A DNA stretch of 64,000 bases, taken from assembly GCA_951406725.2 (NCBI GenBank), contig OX597827.1, positions 68,882,001-68,946,000 on the forward strand, in the 5' to 3' direction. The first letter of the stretch is position 1, and each line of letters starts with the position of its first letter. The translations under genes and the position numbers were made by a program. Of this stretch, positions 1 to 12,043 are shown in pieces. The notes below the pieces were generated by a model. That model was not told the DNA's origin. It searched no databases and saw only the letters and a program-made list of their open reading frames with translations. Origin of the DNA: Octopus vulgaris. Its lineage: Eukaryota.

Positions 1-84
1 CATAAGAGAGAGAGAGAGGAGTTTGTGTGTACACACACATGCACACATATGTACTGGCTTGGTTTGGCTATGTGGATGAAGTAA

Positions 85-212
85 GCAAGAGAGAAGACTA
101 TTCTGCTTTGGGATGTGATGCACGATGGCAGCTATGTAAGTAGATGGAACCTGTGAAAGAAGGAGACCTAAGGTGACATGGGAGGAATTGGTGAAAACTG
201 ATCTCAGAATAT
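85..212 (+). mobile_element. Decayed RTE LINE 3' fragment
   Basis: VDGTCERRRPKVTWEELVKTDLR resembles VEG.CGRGRPRKTW.EVV..DL. Confidence 0.6.
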
Positions 213-791
213 TTGAGCATCTTCAGCAATTGTCTTCTACTCTAGCTCTGAGCCAACTCAGCCTTGTGAGTGGAGCTGGTTGATAGAAACTGGAAGAAGC
301 TCATCATATTATAAAGTCAATAGGTGTTATACCTAATGATTTATGGACATCCAATTATTAAAGTGGACAAAAATTATCAGGAAAGCCATTTCTATTCATT
401 TTTTTCAAATATGTAAAATACTGTACCAAGGACTTTCTATTTCTTATTCTACTACATATATATGTATACACACACACATACACACACGTACATATGTATG
501 TGCAATCTTGCCTTGACATCACATAATGGTCATAAACGAGCATCATATATCGCGTATGTAAATCACAAACGCAATATGTCTAAAGCTACAAGTTTAGATC
601 TCCACCATTTTGCTGATCGTATGGCGTTAGGAAGGGCATCCGGTTGTAGAAACTTTGCCAGATCAGATTGAGCCTGGTGCAGCGTCTGGCTCACCAGTCC
701 TCAGCCAAACTGTCCAACCCATGCCAGCATGGAAAGCGGACGTTAAACGACAATGATGATCATGATGATGATGATAAAATGCTCATACTCA

Positions 792-1256
792 TTAACACCC
801 TTTAGCATTCAGCTTACTCTGTCAAATGTAATGCATATTTACTCCATTGTTTTGAATTGATCATGCATCAACTTGCAGCTTTGAAATTTTCATAATGTGA
901 TTGCTTATTTTTAGAAGGACATTGCATGGTAGGTGTGAGAGGCGAGCTGGCAGAATCGTTAGCACGTTAGTCGAAATGCTGAGCGGTATTTCGTCTGCTG
1001 CTACGTTCTGAGTTCAAATTCTGCCGAGGTAGACTTTACCTTTCATCCTTTAGGGGTCGATTAAATAAGTACCAATTACACACTGGGGTCGATGTAATCG
1101 ACTTAATCCGTGTGTCTGTCCTTGTTTGTCCCCTCTATGTTTAGCCCCTTGTGGGCAATAAAGAAACAGGTGTGAGAGGTTGGATCTGGCCAACTTGAAC
1201 ATAAAACAGGTGAAATATTTGTAGGAGATATAGCTAGCTTAAAAGCTGAAGAGTTA
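792..1256. mobile_element. Second TTAA-type (piggyBac-like) MITE family, interrupted by a family-B SINE
   Basis: ccctttagcattcag ... gctgaagagttaa. Related copies at about 13660-13880, 43960-44210, 46180-46368 and 57538-57740. Confidence 0.7.
941..1167 (+). mobile_element. Family-B SINE (Nin/Deu-domain-like) nested in a TTAA MITE, 12-bp TSD
   Basis: ggcgagctggcagaatcgttagc...cctttcatcctttaggggtcgattaaataagtacc. aggtgtgagagg is duplicated at 931-942 and 1168-1179. Confidence 0.85.
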
Positions 1257-1935
1257 AATTCAAATTTTAAGAGGCTGAGTATTCCAGACATATTCTTTTA
1301 ACCATAATTCTTAGGTTGAATTAGAGTAACACAATATGTGACCAAGACTGGACCTTTAGATTACAGATACAGTCCCAACAAGGCTTCCCTACAGTTTCCA
1401 ATCTACCCAATTTTGTTGCATTCACATAAACCATGGGTTAACCCAAAACTATGGCAAAAGACACTTGCCTAAGATGCCATGCAGCGGGATTGAAACCTGG
1501 GCCTTATGATTGCAAAGCAAACTTCTTGACCACAAGCATGCTTACAAGATGTGCATCCATGCAAGTGTAGACATGGTGATGTGGTTAAGAGACATTTTGC
1601 AACACCATGGTTTCCGGTTCAATCCCACTGTGCAGCACTTTGGGCAAGTGTCTTATACTGTAGACCTGCAGGTTGACCAATGTCTTTGGTAGGCAGAAAC
1701 TGTATGGAAGCCTTTTGTGTATATGTGTGTGTATTGTGTGTGTTCCCCACCCTCCACCGCATGACAAAAAGAGTTTGTTTCTTCATGTTTCTGTAACTTA
1801 GCAATTCAGCAAAATACATTGATAGAGTGTATATAGCAGACTTGAGGAAAAAAAAACAAAAAACAAGAACCACCTCTCTTCATGCTCAACCTCACTCAAA
1901 ATAAATAAAGATCAAGCCATCATTCAATAAAAAGA

Positions 1936-2254
1936 GATTCACTGACTCATGGACTTACTGACTCACAGACTCACGGACTCACAGACTCACGGACTCACAG
2001 ACTCACAGACTCACAGACTCACGGACTCACGGACTCACGGACTCACAGACTCACGGACTCACAGACTCACGGACTCACAGACTCACGGACTCACAGACTC
2101 ACGGACTCACAGACTCACGGACTCACTGACTCACTGACTCATGGACTCACTGACTCATGGACTCACTGACTCATGGACTCACTGACTCATGGACTCACTG
2201 ACTCATGGACTCACTGACTCATGGACTCACTGACTCACTGACTTAGGGACTCAC
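1936..2254. repeat. 8-bp tandem repeat (GACTCACN / GACTCATG) abutting a rhotekin donor
   Basis: About 39 units; reads NGTGAGTC on the transcribed strand. Confidence 0.95.
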
Positions 2255-2352
2255 CTGCTGTAGGTTCCATGGTTAAGTCGTATGTTCGTACGGTGTCATC
2301 TGCGTCAGAAAGAGACAAAGTACTGGTGGTAACCAAATCAAACTTTGGGCCC
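2255..2352 (-). CDS. RTKN: Rhotekin exon, end of anillin-homology domain (GPKFDLVTTSTLSLSDADDTVRTYDLTMEPTA); gene continues left of the window
   Basis: cttttccttag|G...CAG|gtgagt, 98 nt. Resembles human GPRYHLLAHTTLTLAAVQDGFRTHDLTL. Confidence 0.92.
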
Positions 2353-2479
2353 CTAAGGAAAAGAAATGACAAAGGAGTCAGTCAGATAGCCGATCCAGTA
2401 AACTGCCAACATCAGAATCTTAACATCAAAGTCAGAAGACTTTCAGGAAACTAAGCAATTATTTATTCAAAAAAGGAAT

Positions 2480-3475
2480 TGGTAAGCTGGCAGAATCATT
2501 AGCACACCCAGTAAAATGCTTGCAGCATTTCATCAATCTTTACATTCTGAGTTCAAATTCCACCTAAGTTGACTTTGCCCTTAATCCTTTCAGGGTTCAA
2601 TGAAATAAGTACCAGTTGAGTACTGGGGTCAGTGTAATCAACTGATCCCCTAACCCAAAATTTCAGGCCTTGTGCCTATAGTAGAATTGATTATTACTAT
2701 CATTATTATTATTATTGATTAAGGTGATGAGCTGGGTGAGATGCTTAGCGGCATTTCATCCATCTGTATGTTCAGAGTTCAAATTCTACTGAGGTCAATT
2801 TATCCTTTCAGGGTTGATAAAATAAGTATCAGTTGAACACAGGGGTCAATGTAATCGACTTAACTCCTTACTCTGAAATTGCTGGCCTTGCGTAAAAATC
2901 TGAAATTATTATTATTATTAAGGCAGCGAGCTGGCAGAATCATTAGCATGCCGGGTGAAATGCTTAGCAGTATTTCATCTGCTGCTACATTCCGAGTTCA
3001 AATTCCGCTGAGGTCAACTTTGTTTTTCATCTTTTCGGGGTCGATAAATTAAGTACCAGTTGCGTACTGGGATCAATGTAATTGACTTAACCCCTTCCCC
3101 CAAATTTGAGGCCTTGTGCTTCCAGTAGAAAAGATTATTATTATCATTTTTGCCCACAGGCACGTAGTGTAGTGGTTAAGAGCGCAGGCTACTAACTCCA
3201 AAATTCCGAGTTCAATTCTAGGCAGTGCCTTGAATAAATAATAATAATATTATTATCATTTTTATTATCTTTATTATTAAGGCTGCAAGCTGGCAGAATC
3301 ATGAGTATACCAGAGAAAATGATTAGTAGCATTTTATCTAGCATTATGTTCCAGGTTCAAATTCCACCAAGGCCATCTTTGCTTTCCATCCTTTAAGGAT
3401 TGACGAAATAAGTACCAGTTGAGCACCGGGGAGGGAGTCAATGTAATTGACTAACCCCACCCCAATGAAATTTTA
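2480..3475 (+). mobile_element. Cluster of four same-orientation family-B SINEs (plus the tRNA head at 3152) in a rhotekin intron
   Basis: Starts at about 2482, 2722, 2921 and 3280, each with the gagttcaaattc...ctttcatcctt...gataaaataagtaccag core, separated by (ATT)n tails. Confidence 0.8.
3152..3250 (+). mobile_element. tRNA-derived head plus (AAT)n of the hammerhead-SINE family, body absent
   Basis: A-box tagtgtagtggtt, B-box gagttcaattct, then ggcagtgccttg(aat)n; same head as 39560-39620. Confidence 0.65.
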
Positions 3476-3590
3476 AAATGAGTAACAACAAAAACAATGT
3501 CAATGTAACAATAATTGCAATATCTTCAACAAAACACAACAATAAGAAAAAACAAGGGTGAAATTTTGAAAATCAGAAGTGACTACTCAC

Positions 3591-3622
3591 AGCACCATGT
3601 TACCAATTATGTCAGCATCACT
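3591..3622 (-). CDS. RTKN: Rhotekin 32-nt micro-exon (SDADIIGNMVL)
   Basis: ttgttctattgcag|AGT...CT|gtgagt. It supplies exactly the phase 0 to 2 bridge needed between the 4879 donor and the 2352 acceptor. Confidence 0.82.
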
Positions 3623-4878
3623 CTGCAATAGAACAAAAATGAAGCAATTAACAAAAAATAACAAAAAAAAATTTAATTAATAAATGAACAAGAGAAAGAG
3701 AAATCTGTGATGACTATCAGGGTTTTGCCTTGCTCAGCCAGAGCTGATTATATCTTGTATACACATGAAAGTGTAACTACACACTCATACACAAGGCACA
3801 GTATGGGTAAATGGTTAAGGAGTTCACTTCACAACCACATGGTCCTTGGTTCAATCCCAATGTGTGTCATTTTTGGTAAAATGTTATTTTCAATAGCCTC
3901 AAGCCAACCTGTCTCTCAGGAGTGAAATTAGGTTACCAAAAACACTCCACAGAAGCCTGTCAGATAGGCCATATCTGTAATTTATAAAGATACATTGGGT
4001 TCACATCGATTTTAATTGTGATTTATGTTAAGGGTACACGTCTTGTGAGTTACTTGGTTACCCTGTCAGTGCTGGTGCTACATTAAAAGCTTCCAGTTCG
4101 CAGTCATGTGGTTGGCATCTGGAAGGGCATACAGCTGTAAAAATCTTGTCAAAACTTTGCCTGTGCTAGTGCCACATAAAAAGCATTGAGTCCACTCTAC
4201 AGAGTGGTTGGTGTTGGGAAGGACATCAGAGCCATAAAATCCCTGTCAAAACAGACACGGTAGCCTGGGGTAAATTTTCTACCTGGCTGGCTTCTGTCAA
4301 CCGTCCTACCCATGCATACATGGAAGATGGTGATGATGATGTCTATGGAATACTCAGCCAGTTAGCCGTTAGACCAGGAGGAGATGATTCAGCTGACTGA
4401 GTGAGTAGTGCCTCATTATTGAACAACAGGAGATCCATCCTTGATACACAGCCAAACAAACAGACGTAACATAACTTACACTAGGGCAACTACATACTCA
4501 TAATCACACTGGAATAACCACTCCCATCATCATCATTTAACATCCGCTTTCCAAGCTAGCATGGGTTGGACGATTTGACTGAGGACTGGCGAACCAGGCT
4601 CCAATCTTGATCTGGCAGAGTTTCTACAGCTGGATGCCCTTCCTAACGCCAACCACTCCGAGAGTGTAGTGGGTGCTTTTACATGCTACCGGCATGGGGG
4701 CCAGTCAGGTGGTACTGGCAACGACCTCGCTCGAATGTCTTTACATGTGCCACCGGCAGACAAATTCAGAAACAACATGTGCATAATCGGATAACCTTTA
4801 CCACACACACACACACACACACACACTACAACATACACACATAGCAAAAAGAGAGAGAATATGACAAGATGGACTTAC

Positions 4879-5038
4879 CAATCCAGATAACCTCTTGCCA
4901 ACGTTTCGTCCGACAGAGCCTGAGAAATCATTAAACTTCTTTCTGATTTTCTTTGGTGTGCTAGCAATGGTGAGGTCCTCGTGTAATTTGTGACAGTAGA
5001 CCTCTAGGGTACATTCAAAGTTACAAGGGACATTGTCA
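4879..5038 (-). CDS. RTKN: Rhotekin exon, anillin-homology domain (DNVPCNFECTLEVYCHKLHEDLTIASTPKKIRKKFNDFSGSVGRNVGKRLSGL)
   Basis: atttcag|T...TTG|gtaagt, 160 nt, phases 2 to 0. Resembles human PDFELRLELY...PKRLATKLSSSLGRSSGRR. Confidence 0.92.
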
Positions 5039-5248
5039 CTGAAATATATAATAATAGGGTGGATGAGGTGCACGTTGGGGGGCTAGGAAGTTTTATAGTG
5101 GCGGCATAGGGTGAAAATGAAAGCAGTAGGGTATAAAGGGGGGGGGTGAAATGTAGGGTGGGGTGGGGAAGAGAGAGAGAGAAAGAGAACTGGAATGACA
5201 GAGGTAGCGAATGAAATGGGACACCAATGAAGGAGAGGCTTTGTGTTT

Positions 5249-5308
<60 letters not shown>

Positions 5309-5577
5309 AGAAAAGAAAGTGTGAAAGAGAGAGAGAGAGAGAGAGATATGATGTTTTTATTCAATCAGCCACAAAGTCATGGTTTCTCACATTTTTAAAG
5401 GAAGAGGAGGAGGTATCAACCCCAGTATAATAACATTTTTGGATACAATAACTTTCTTAGCTCTATGCCATCAGGTATCGAACACGTAATCTTAAGATCA
5501 TGAGCTAAATATCCTAACCACTATACCATGCACCTTCACAAAGCCTGTCACACACAAAAATAAATATATGTGAGTGT

Positions 5578-5629
<52 letters not shown>

Positions 5630-5911
5630 GTATGTATGTGAAACTGTATGTGTATGTCTGTATTTGTCTTTCTTTGTCCCTGTTACTACCACATGATGAC
5701 CATTGTGGGTTTGTTTACATCCCTGTAACATAGCAGTTCAGCAAAGACTGATAGAAAAAAAGTACCAGACTTGAAATAAGTACTACGGTTAATTTGTCCC
5801 CAACTGCAACCCTTCATGGCTGTGCCCCAGCATGGCCACAGTCCAAAGAGTGAAGCAAGTATAAGAAACAAAAAAAAAAAAAACAACAAAAAACTCAAAA
5901 GATATACTTAC

Positions 5912-6032
5912 AATACAATGACATCGTCAAATGATATATCTGTCATGCTACGGTCAACATTTGATATCAAGCTGGTATCGTATATCTCGCTCCCAGTTTT
6001 AACCAAACAAAACACAGCATAACGACGATGAT
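5912..6032 (-). CDS. RTKN: Rhotekin exon, anillin-homology domain (DHRRYAVFCLVKTGSEIYDTSLISNVDRSMTDISFDDVIVF)
   Basis: ttttgcag|AT...TT|gtaagt, 121 nt, phases 1 to 2. Resembles human HRWAVFLLLQLGEHIQDTEMILVDRTLTDISFQSNVLF. Confidence 0.93.
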
Positions 6033-6137
6033 CTGCAAAATACAATAGAGGAAAAAAACATCAACAATAATCAAAACGAGGGAGAGGAAATAATTCAGAA
6101 ATTAATAATTTCTAAATCAGGAACAAAGGTCCTGCTG

Positions 6138-6138
<1 letters not shown>

Positions 6139-6172
<34 letters not shown>

Positions 6173-6520
6173 GTCGTTTAACGTCCGCTTTCCATGCTAG
6201 CATGGGTTGGACGATTTTGACTGAGGGCTGGCGAACCAGATGGCTGCACCAGGCTCCAATCTTGATCCGGCAGAGTTTCTACAGCTAGATGGATGCCCTT
6301 CCTAATGCCAACCACTCCGAGAGTGTAGTGGGTGCTTTTTACGTGCCACCGGTACGGGGGGGGCCAGTCAGGCAGTACTGGCAACGACCTCGCTCGAATC
6401 TTTTTACGCATGCCACCGGCACAGGTGCCAGTAAGGCGACGTTCGTAACAATCACGCTGGAATGGTGCCCCTTTTACGTGCCACTGGCACAGAAGTCAGC
6501 TGGCTGCTCTGGCACAGGAA
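6139..6520 (-). mobile_element. Family-C element (SINE with RTE-like 3' tail ending in (GAT)n)
   Basis: Minus strand gtggcacgtaaaaagcacccactacactctcggagtggttggc...ggaagggcatcc...gtccaacccatgctagcatggaaagcggacgttaaacgatgatgat. Further copies at about 620, 4527, 20200, 25553, 37665, 45170, 49060, 52150 and 61710. Confidence 0.8.
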
Positions 6521-6708
6521 TACAAGTTAAATTTTTCAGACTAAAATTTACAGCCAAGGGAAGGTAGGTTGACTTATACACCGAGACAACTTGGAAAGAC
6601 CAAAGATTCCAGGTGAAATACAACAGGATTTGGAAAGGTAGCAACAATGTTTGGATGTTTACCCTACATAGTTATAATGACTTGTCTGCTGGAAAATAGG
6701 GTGCATAT

Positions 6709-7107
6709 TCTTTTACTCTTTTACTTGTTTCAGTCATTTGACTGCGGCCATGCTGGAGCACCACCTTTATCGAGCAACTCGACCCCAAGACTTATTCTTT
6801 GTAAGCCTAGTACTTATTCTATCGGTCTCTTTTGCCGAACCGCTAGGTTACGGGGATGTAAACACACCAGCATCGGTTGTCAAGCAATATTGGGGGACAA
6901 ACAAAGACACACAAACACACACACACATGTATATATACATATATACGACGGGCTTCTTTCAGTTTCCATCTACCAAATCCACTCACAACGCTTTGGTCGG
7001 CCCGAGGCTACAGTAGAAGACACTTGGCCAAAGTGCCACACAGTGGGACTGAACCCGGAACCATGTGGTTGGTAAGCCAGCTACTTACCACACAGCCACT
7101 TCTGCGC
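6709..7107 (-). mobile_element. Family-A tRNA-derived SINE (about 400 bp, CORE-like middle, central CA/TA microsatellite, AAAGAGT tail), full length
   Basis: Near-identical to copies at 9296, 18447, 24621, 45748 and 62563. tRNA-like head gcaggagtggctgtgtggtaag...gggttcagtccc followed by ccttgggcaagtg. Resembles described octopus tRNA-derived SINEs; exact family name not assigned. Confidence 0.88.
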
Positions 7108-7259
7108 CAATATCTTTAGATTTGGTGGGGAGTTATCATACAATCAATGTGTGTTTTACTGTAGCATACTTGCTTACAGCTGTCTGTCAATGTTGACAAC
7201 AACGTTGTCCTCTAAGAGTCTTACCCTACATTTTGAGGGGTTGATAAATGTGAAAACAC

Positions 7260-7530
7260 TCCGATCCTGGAATGGCATGTCCTTGAACACAGATGACAAG
7301 GGAAGTTGCCCATTATGCTGATGGTGAGTCAAGAGATGACGTTGACATCTCTTTTCCTCAAGTATCTCATATCAGATTAGTCCAAAGTATGCAGCTCCTT
7401 CATTGCAGAGGGAGTGTCAGGTTTTCCGGTTCCGAGCAAAGTGCTCTAGTTGTACCAGCTGAATGTTGCAGGTGTTGAATACAAGCTCAAGAGGAGTGAT
7501 CATATGGTCAGATTGCATTTTACTGGTACA
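7260..7530 (-). mobile_element. Decayed RTE LINE 3' fragment
   Basis: Minus strand FNTCNIQLVQLEHFARNRKT*HSLCNEGAAYF...LEEKR resembles the RTE C-terminus (CNI...WE.LA.DR..WR.LC.EG...FE...EEKR). Confidence 0.6.
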
Positions 7531-7850
7531 CTTTAATTTATCCAATATCTCGTAGAAGGATGAAAGGTAAAATTTTAAACTTTGCGGGATTTGACAAATA
7601 AACCACCATCCTTGTTTCAACATCTACTATTCCATGCATGCATGGAATTTGTTGAGGTGGATTTTTTTTAACAGCCAGATGCTCTTCCTGTCACCAACCT
7701 TCACTTGTTTCCAAGTAAGGTAATATTTCCCCATAGTCAGACATGCTTACACAGAATATTGGAAATGAAGGACACCATGTGCATGACATTGGCAATTGTT
7801 TACAACATGAATGCACTGTCAAAGCATAGAGACAGTAACACATATATATA

Positions 7851-8320
7851 CCGTAAATCTTTGAGTATAATACGCAGGGGATTTTTAGGGGGCTGTACCT
7901 TTGAAAAACCTAAACCTTGTGTATAATACGCACCCCTTCTCTAACTTGAGTCGTGCGTAATTAAGCCAGCAGCACCTAGTCGAACAAACACTTCCACGCA
8001 TGCATGATACAATAATGGTGATGTTCTTAACTGTTATATGGGAATGTAAATATGTTTGCAAATTGTTTTGTTACATGTTATTCTGTGCTCTGAATACTTT
8101 TGTTTTAATAAATGTTGCTTACTGCAAGTTATGAATGATTCTTTTATGACTTCATTGCTTTCAGGCTTAGCTTAAGGTATTTTCATGCCTGACATCACAA
8201 AATGTGTCTGAATAAACATTGTCGGACAGAAAATAGAAACTTGGACATTGCTTAGTACGCACTAGGGATTTTGACCTTTAAACTGGGGGGGGGATGCAGA
8301 TCATACTCGAGGATTTATGA
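7851..8320. mobile_element. pogo/Tc2-like MITE
   Basis: TIRs ccgtaaatctttgagtataatacgca / tgcagatcatactcgaggatttatga, TA flanks. Homologous to 58174-58679. Confidence 0.8.
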
Positions 8321-8489
8321 TATATATATATACACACACACACACACATAGGTCTCTATCAGTTTCCTATACCATATGTATTTACAAGGCTTTACTCAGC
8401 CCAGGATCATAGTAAAAGACACTTTGCCCAAGGTGGAACACAGTGGGACTGAACCAAAACCATGTGGTCAGGAAGCAAACTTCTTGCCA

Positions 8490-8547
<58 letters not shown>

Positions 8548-8683
8548 GCAAATACATGTGTATAAGCACGGAAGTATCATCTTTTATTCAATGTTGTAGT
8601 TTTGAGTGACTGAATTTAGAGGGAAGGAGGACGGGTCCGTAAAGGGAAGTAATTCTCAAGTTGGTTAAATTTATGGTACTTAC

Positions 8684-8737
8684 CTCCCTTGTTTTTGAAA
8701 TGATCTGTATCTTTCCACATGAGAGGAATTCTGATAT
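8684..8737 (-). CDS. RTKN: Rhotekin 54-nt exon, start of anillin-homology domain (DIRIPLMWKDTDHFKNKG)
   Basis: cttctcgacacag|AT...GGAG|gtaagt. Nearly identical to human DLRIPLMWKDTEYFKNKG. Confidence 0.95.
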
Positions 8738-9295
8738 CTGTGTCGAGAAGAGGAAAAACAAGAACAGAAACAAATAAATATACGAAGTTTTAAAAGAGAT
8801 AAACCGAGTAAGTAAATAAATAATCTTTTAACGAAATAAACAGAAGGAAGCCTATGACCAACAAAGCTCTGTAACAAAATGCCAGACTCCAACTCTGCTT
8901 CAGTTATTATTAGCTTCCGAAGTTATGAATCTGTCACCATCGTTGACTTCACGTCTGCTTTCCATGCTGGCATGTGTTGGACGGTTTGACAGGTGCTAGT
9001 AAGCCAGAGGCTGTGCCAAGTTCTACTATCTGCATATGTATAATTTCTACAGCTGGATGCCCTCACCCGTTTCCAAGAAGGATAGTACTTCTCTATGGCC
9101 AGACATCATGCAGAATATTGGAAACGAAGAACTCTTGCTTGCATGACAATGATACTTGTACAACTATCACAAGATGTCAAGACAAAGAAATACATATACA
9201 CACACAAATATGTTCAGAGCTTTTGATTTTTCACCCAAAGAGAAGCATATGCTACTTTTGATGAGTGATATTAATGCAATGTTGTCTATAACATA

Positions 9296-9662
9296 CTCCT
9301 ATACTTGCTTCAGTCATTTGACTGTGGCCATGCTGGAACACTGCCTTTAGTCGAGGAAATCGACCCCCAGGACTTATTCTTTGTAAGCCTAGTACTTATT
9401 CTATCGGTCTCTTTTGCCAAACCGTTAGGTTACGGGGACGTAAACACACCAGCATCGGTTGTCAAGCGATGCTAGGGGGGACAAACACAGACACACAAAC
9501 ATACACACACACATATATATACGATGGGCTTCTTTCAGTTTCCGTCTACCACATCCACTCACAAGGCTTTGGTCGGCCTGAGGCTATAGTAGAAGACACT
9601 TGCCCAATGTGCCACGCAGTGGGACTGAACCCAGAACCATGTAGTTGGTAAGCAAGCTACTT
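9296..9662 (-). mobile_element. Family-A SINE
   Basis: Colinear with 6709-7107. Confidence 0.85.
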
Positions 9663-9814
9663 ACATATAGGCGCAGGAGTGGCTGTGTGGTAACATATGT
9701 AACATTCAGCAACGAACAACTTGTAATAATACATTTAAACAATTATAGTGATATGCAATAAAGCCTGTTCAATTCATTTTCACATCTTAATATTTTTGTG
9801 AATGCACGCACATG

Positions 9815-9881
<67 letters not shown>

Positions 9882-10515
9882 CAGGCTCTTTCAGTTTCTG
9901 CCTATCAAATCCACTCACAAGGCTTTGATCAGCCTAGGACTTTAGTAGAAGATATTTACTGAGGTGCCACACACTAGAACTGAATCCAGAACTATTTGAG
10001 ACAATACTGCATAATAATCACAATTTGTACATGGATCATTACTTCACTTACTATAACATTTGATTAAATGCATGGAGTTCAACTAATATAAAAAAAATCC
10101 TTATAATGAAAATCTAACGAGGCAGGGGGATATTATTACCAACAAAGTACAGAAGGCGAAAAGTTGTGGTTGGGGTGCTAGTCTGTTGAGCTCAGGAACA
10201 TGACAACTTTGATACATTTTTATAAGTTATATGAATGAAGCAGTCTCAATTATAATTTCACAGTTGAGGGCTTATTGAGAAGAAGGGCATTCAGCTGTAA
10301 AATTAGTCGCTCAAACTAAAACACATGTCTACGCAGCCAACCTAGCATGGAAAGGTTTGTGAAAGTTTAAATAACTCGTTTTTTTTCTTGAGATTCACTG
10401 TTCCAAAGAAGAAGAATTTCCCTTTCTCTTGAAAGCTTATAAAACTCCTCACATCAATGGCTTTACAATTCTCATTGATAAGAATAAAGTTTTATAAACG
10501 GATAGAAATTCAGAA

Positions 10516-10588
10516 GACTGCTTTGGTCCATTGGTAGAACACCTGTCATATGCACAGGAGATGTGGGTTCATACCCTACAGGCAGCCT
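10516..10588 (+). pseudogene. Degenerate tRNA-like cloverleaf (pseudo-tRNA or orphan SINE head)
   Basis: Acceptor actgctt/aggcagc, A-box tggtccattggta, anticodon stem cctgt/acagg with a 7-nt loop lacking U33, T arm gtggg-ttcatac-cctac. Confidence 0.55.
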
Positions 10589-10894
10589 TTGACATTTCCT
10601 ATCAAAAACAGTTTTTCTGCCCAACATTTATATGCTATTGTTTATAGCTTTATATAGAGAGCCACTGTTCCAAAGGAAGATGTGTTTAATCAAGTGATGT
10701 GATCAATTAAAGTATACTGATAAGAATAGTTTAAAATGTTATCACAAGGCCAGCAATTTTGGAAAGTGGGGGATAGTCGACTACATCGACACCAGTACCC
10801 AACTGGTACTTACTTTATCAACCCCAAAAAGATGAAAGACAAAGTCAATCATAGTAAGATGTAAAATCAGATGATAAAATGCTGGAAAAAATAC

Positions 10895-11128
10895 CTATTT
10901 CTTTACTACCCACAAGGAGCTAAACACAGAGAGGACAAACAAGGACAGACAAACGGATTAAGTCGATTATATCAACCCTAGTGTGTAACTGGTACTTATT
11001 TAATCGACCCCAAAAGGATGAAAGGCAAAGTTGACCTCGGCAGAATTTGAACTCAGAGCATAGCGGCAGACGAAATACCTCTAAACATTTCGCCCGGTGT
11101 TCTAACGTTTCTGCCAGCTCGCCGCCTT
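10895..11128 (-). mobile_element. Family-B SINE
   Basis: Reverse complement of 941-1167. Confidence 0.82.
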
Positions 11129-11823
11129 AAAAAACACCACTAAGCATGTTGTCCAACTTGCAGGCAATTCAGCCAGCTAGCTGCCTTAAAGTACATGAAT
11201 AACAATATTCACAAGAATTTGTAGATCAGTGGTGGTCTGTGTCAGTATTAAATAAAATAGTAAATACAAGAAAAGGCACTGTATGTTGGTAAAATACAGA
11301 ATTTGAGACACTATTGATGGTTTGAATCATTAACTGGAAATTAATCTATAAAAGTTTAAAAGAAACATAAATATCAGATTTGCAATGAGGAATGAAATTA
11401 AAAAAAAATAAATTTAATTAAACATCTGGATTCTTGTCTTTCTTCAGAGAGGATGGACACTAGAGGCTTTTATACTATCGTTGTAAAAACTGGGGAAAAA
11501 ATTTGAAATTTAGCAGCTGTGGTGATAAGGCCTCTTCGAAAAAAAGCGAGCACTATGTTTTGGAGTATATAAGTTAAATTTTTCAGGCCAAAAATTCCAT
11601 GTGAAACGCAGCAGGACTTGAAAAGATAGCGACAATGTTTGAATGTTTACACATGTTTACACTATATACTATGTTGTCTTGTATACCAGGAAGTATGAAA
11701 TCCATTGAATTTTTTCACTCCTCAAAGTACATAAAAATCACTGTTATTTATTTTTCTTCAAGAAAAATTTTTCATACTGCAGAACTTTTAGTCTGCTGTG
11801 AAGACGAAAGAAACTGACTTTAA

Positions 11824-12043
11824 CCCTTTAGTTACGAACCCGGCTGAAACCAGCTCTGGCTCTGAGTACAAATGTCTTGTTTTCATAAGTTTTGTATTAA
11901 AATCTTCCACCAAACCTTAGTCACAATTTATGTTCCTAACACCAGCTGAGTGATAACTACGTTATTTTATTAAATTTTTTGTTATATTTAAAGTAAATGA
12001 AAGAAACACAGAGCTTCTCAATAGAAATACAGTAACGAAAGGG
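11824..12043. mobile_element. piggyBac-like MITE (TTAA TSD)
   Basis: ttaa|ccctttagttac ... gtaacgaaaggg|ttaa. Confidence 0.85.

Noticed and set aside
6647-7119. Recurrent peptides such as [15 protein letters not shown] and IVEDTCPRCHAVGLN in many ORFs
   Set aside because: Translations of family-A SINE copies, not a gene family.
10516-10588. Functional tRNA gene
   Set aside because: No U33, mismatches in the acceptor and D stems, and a non-canonical T loop.
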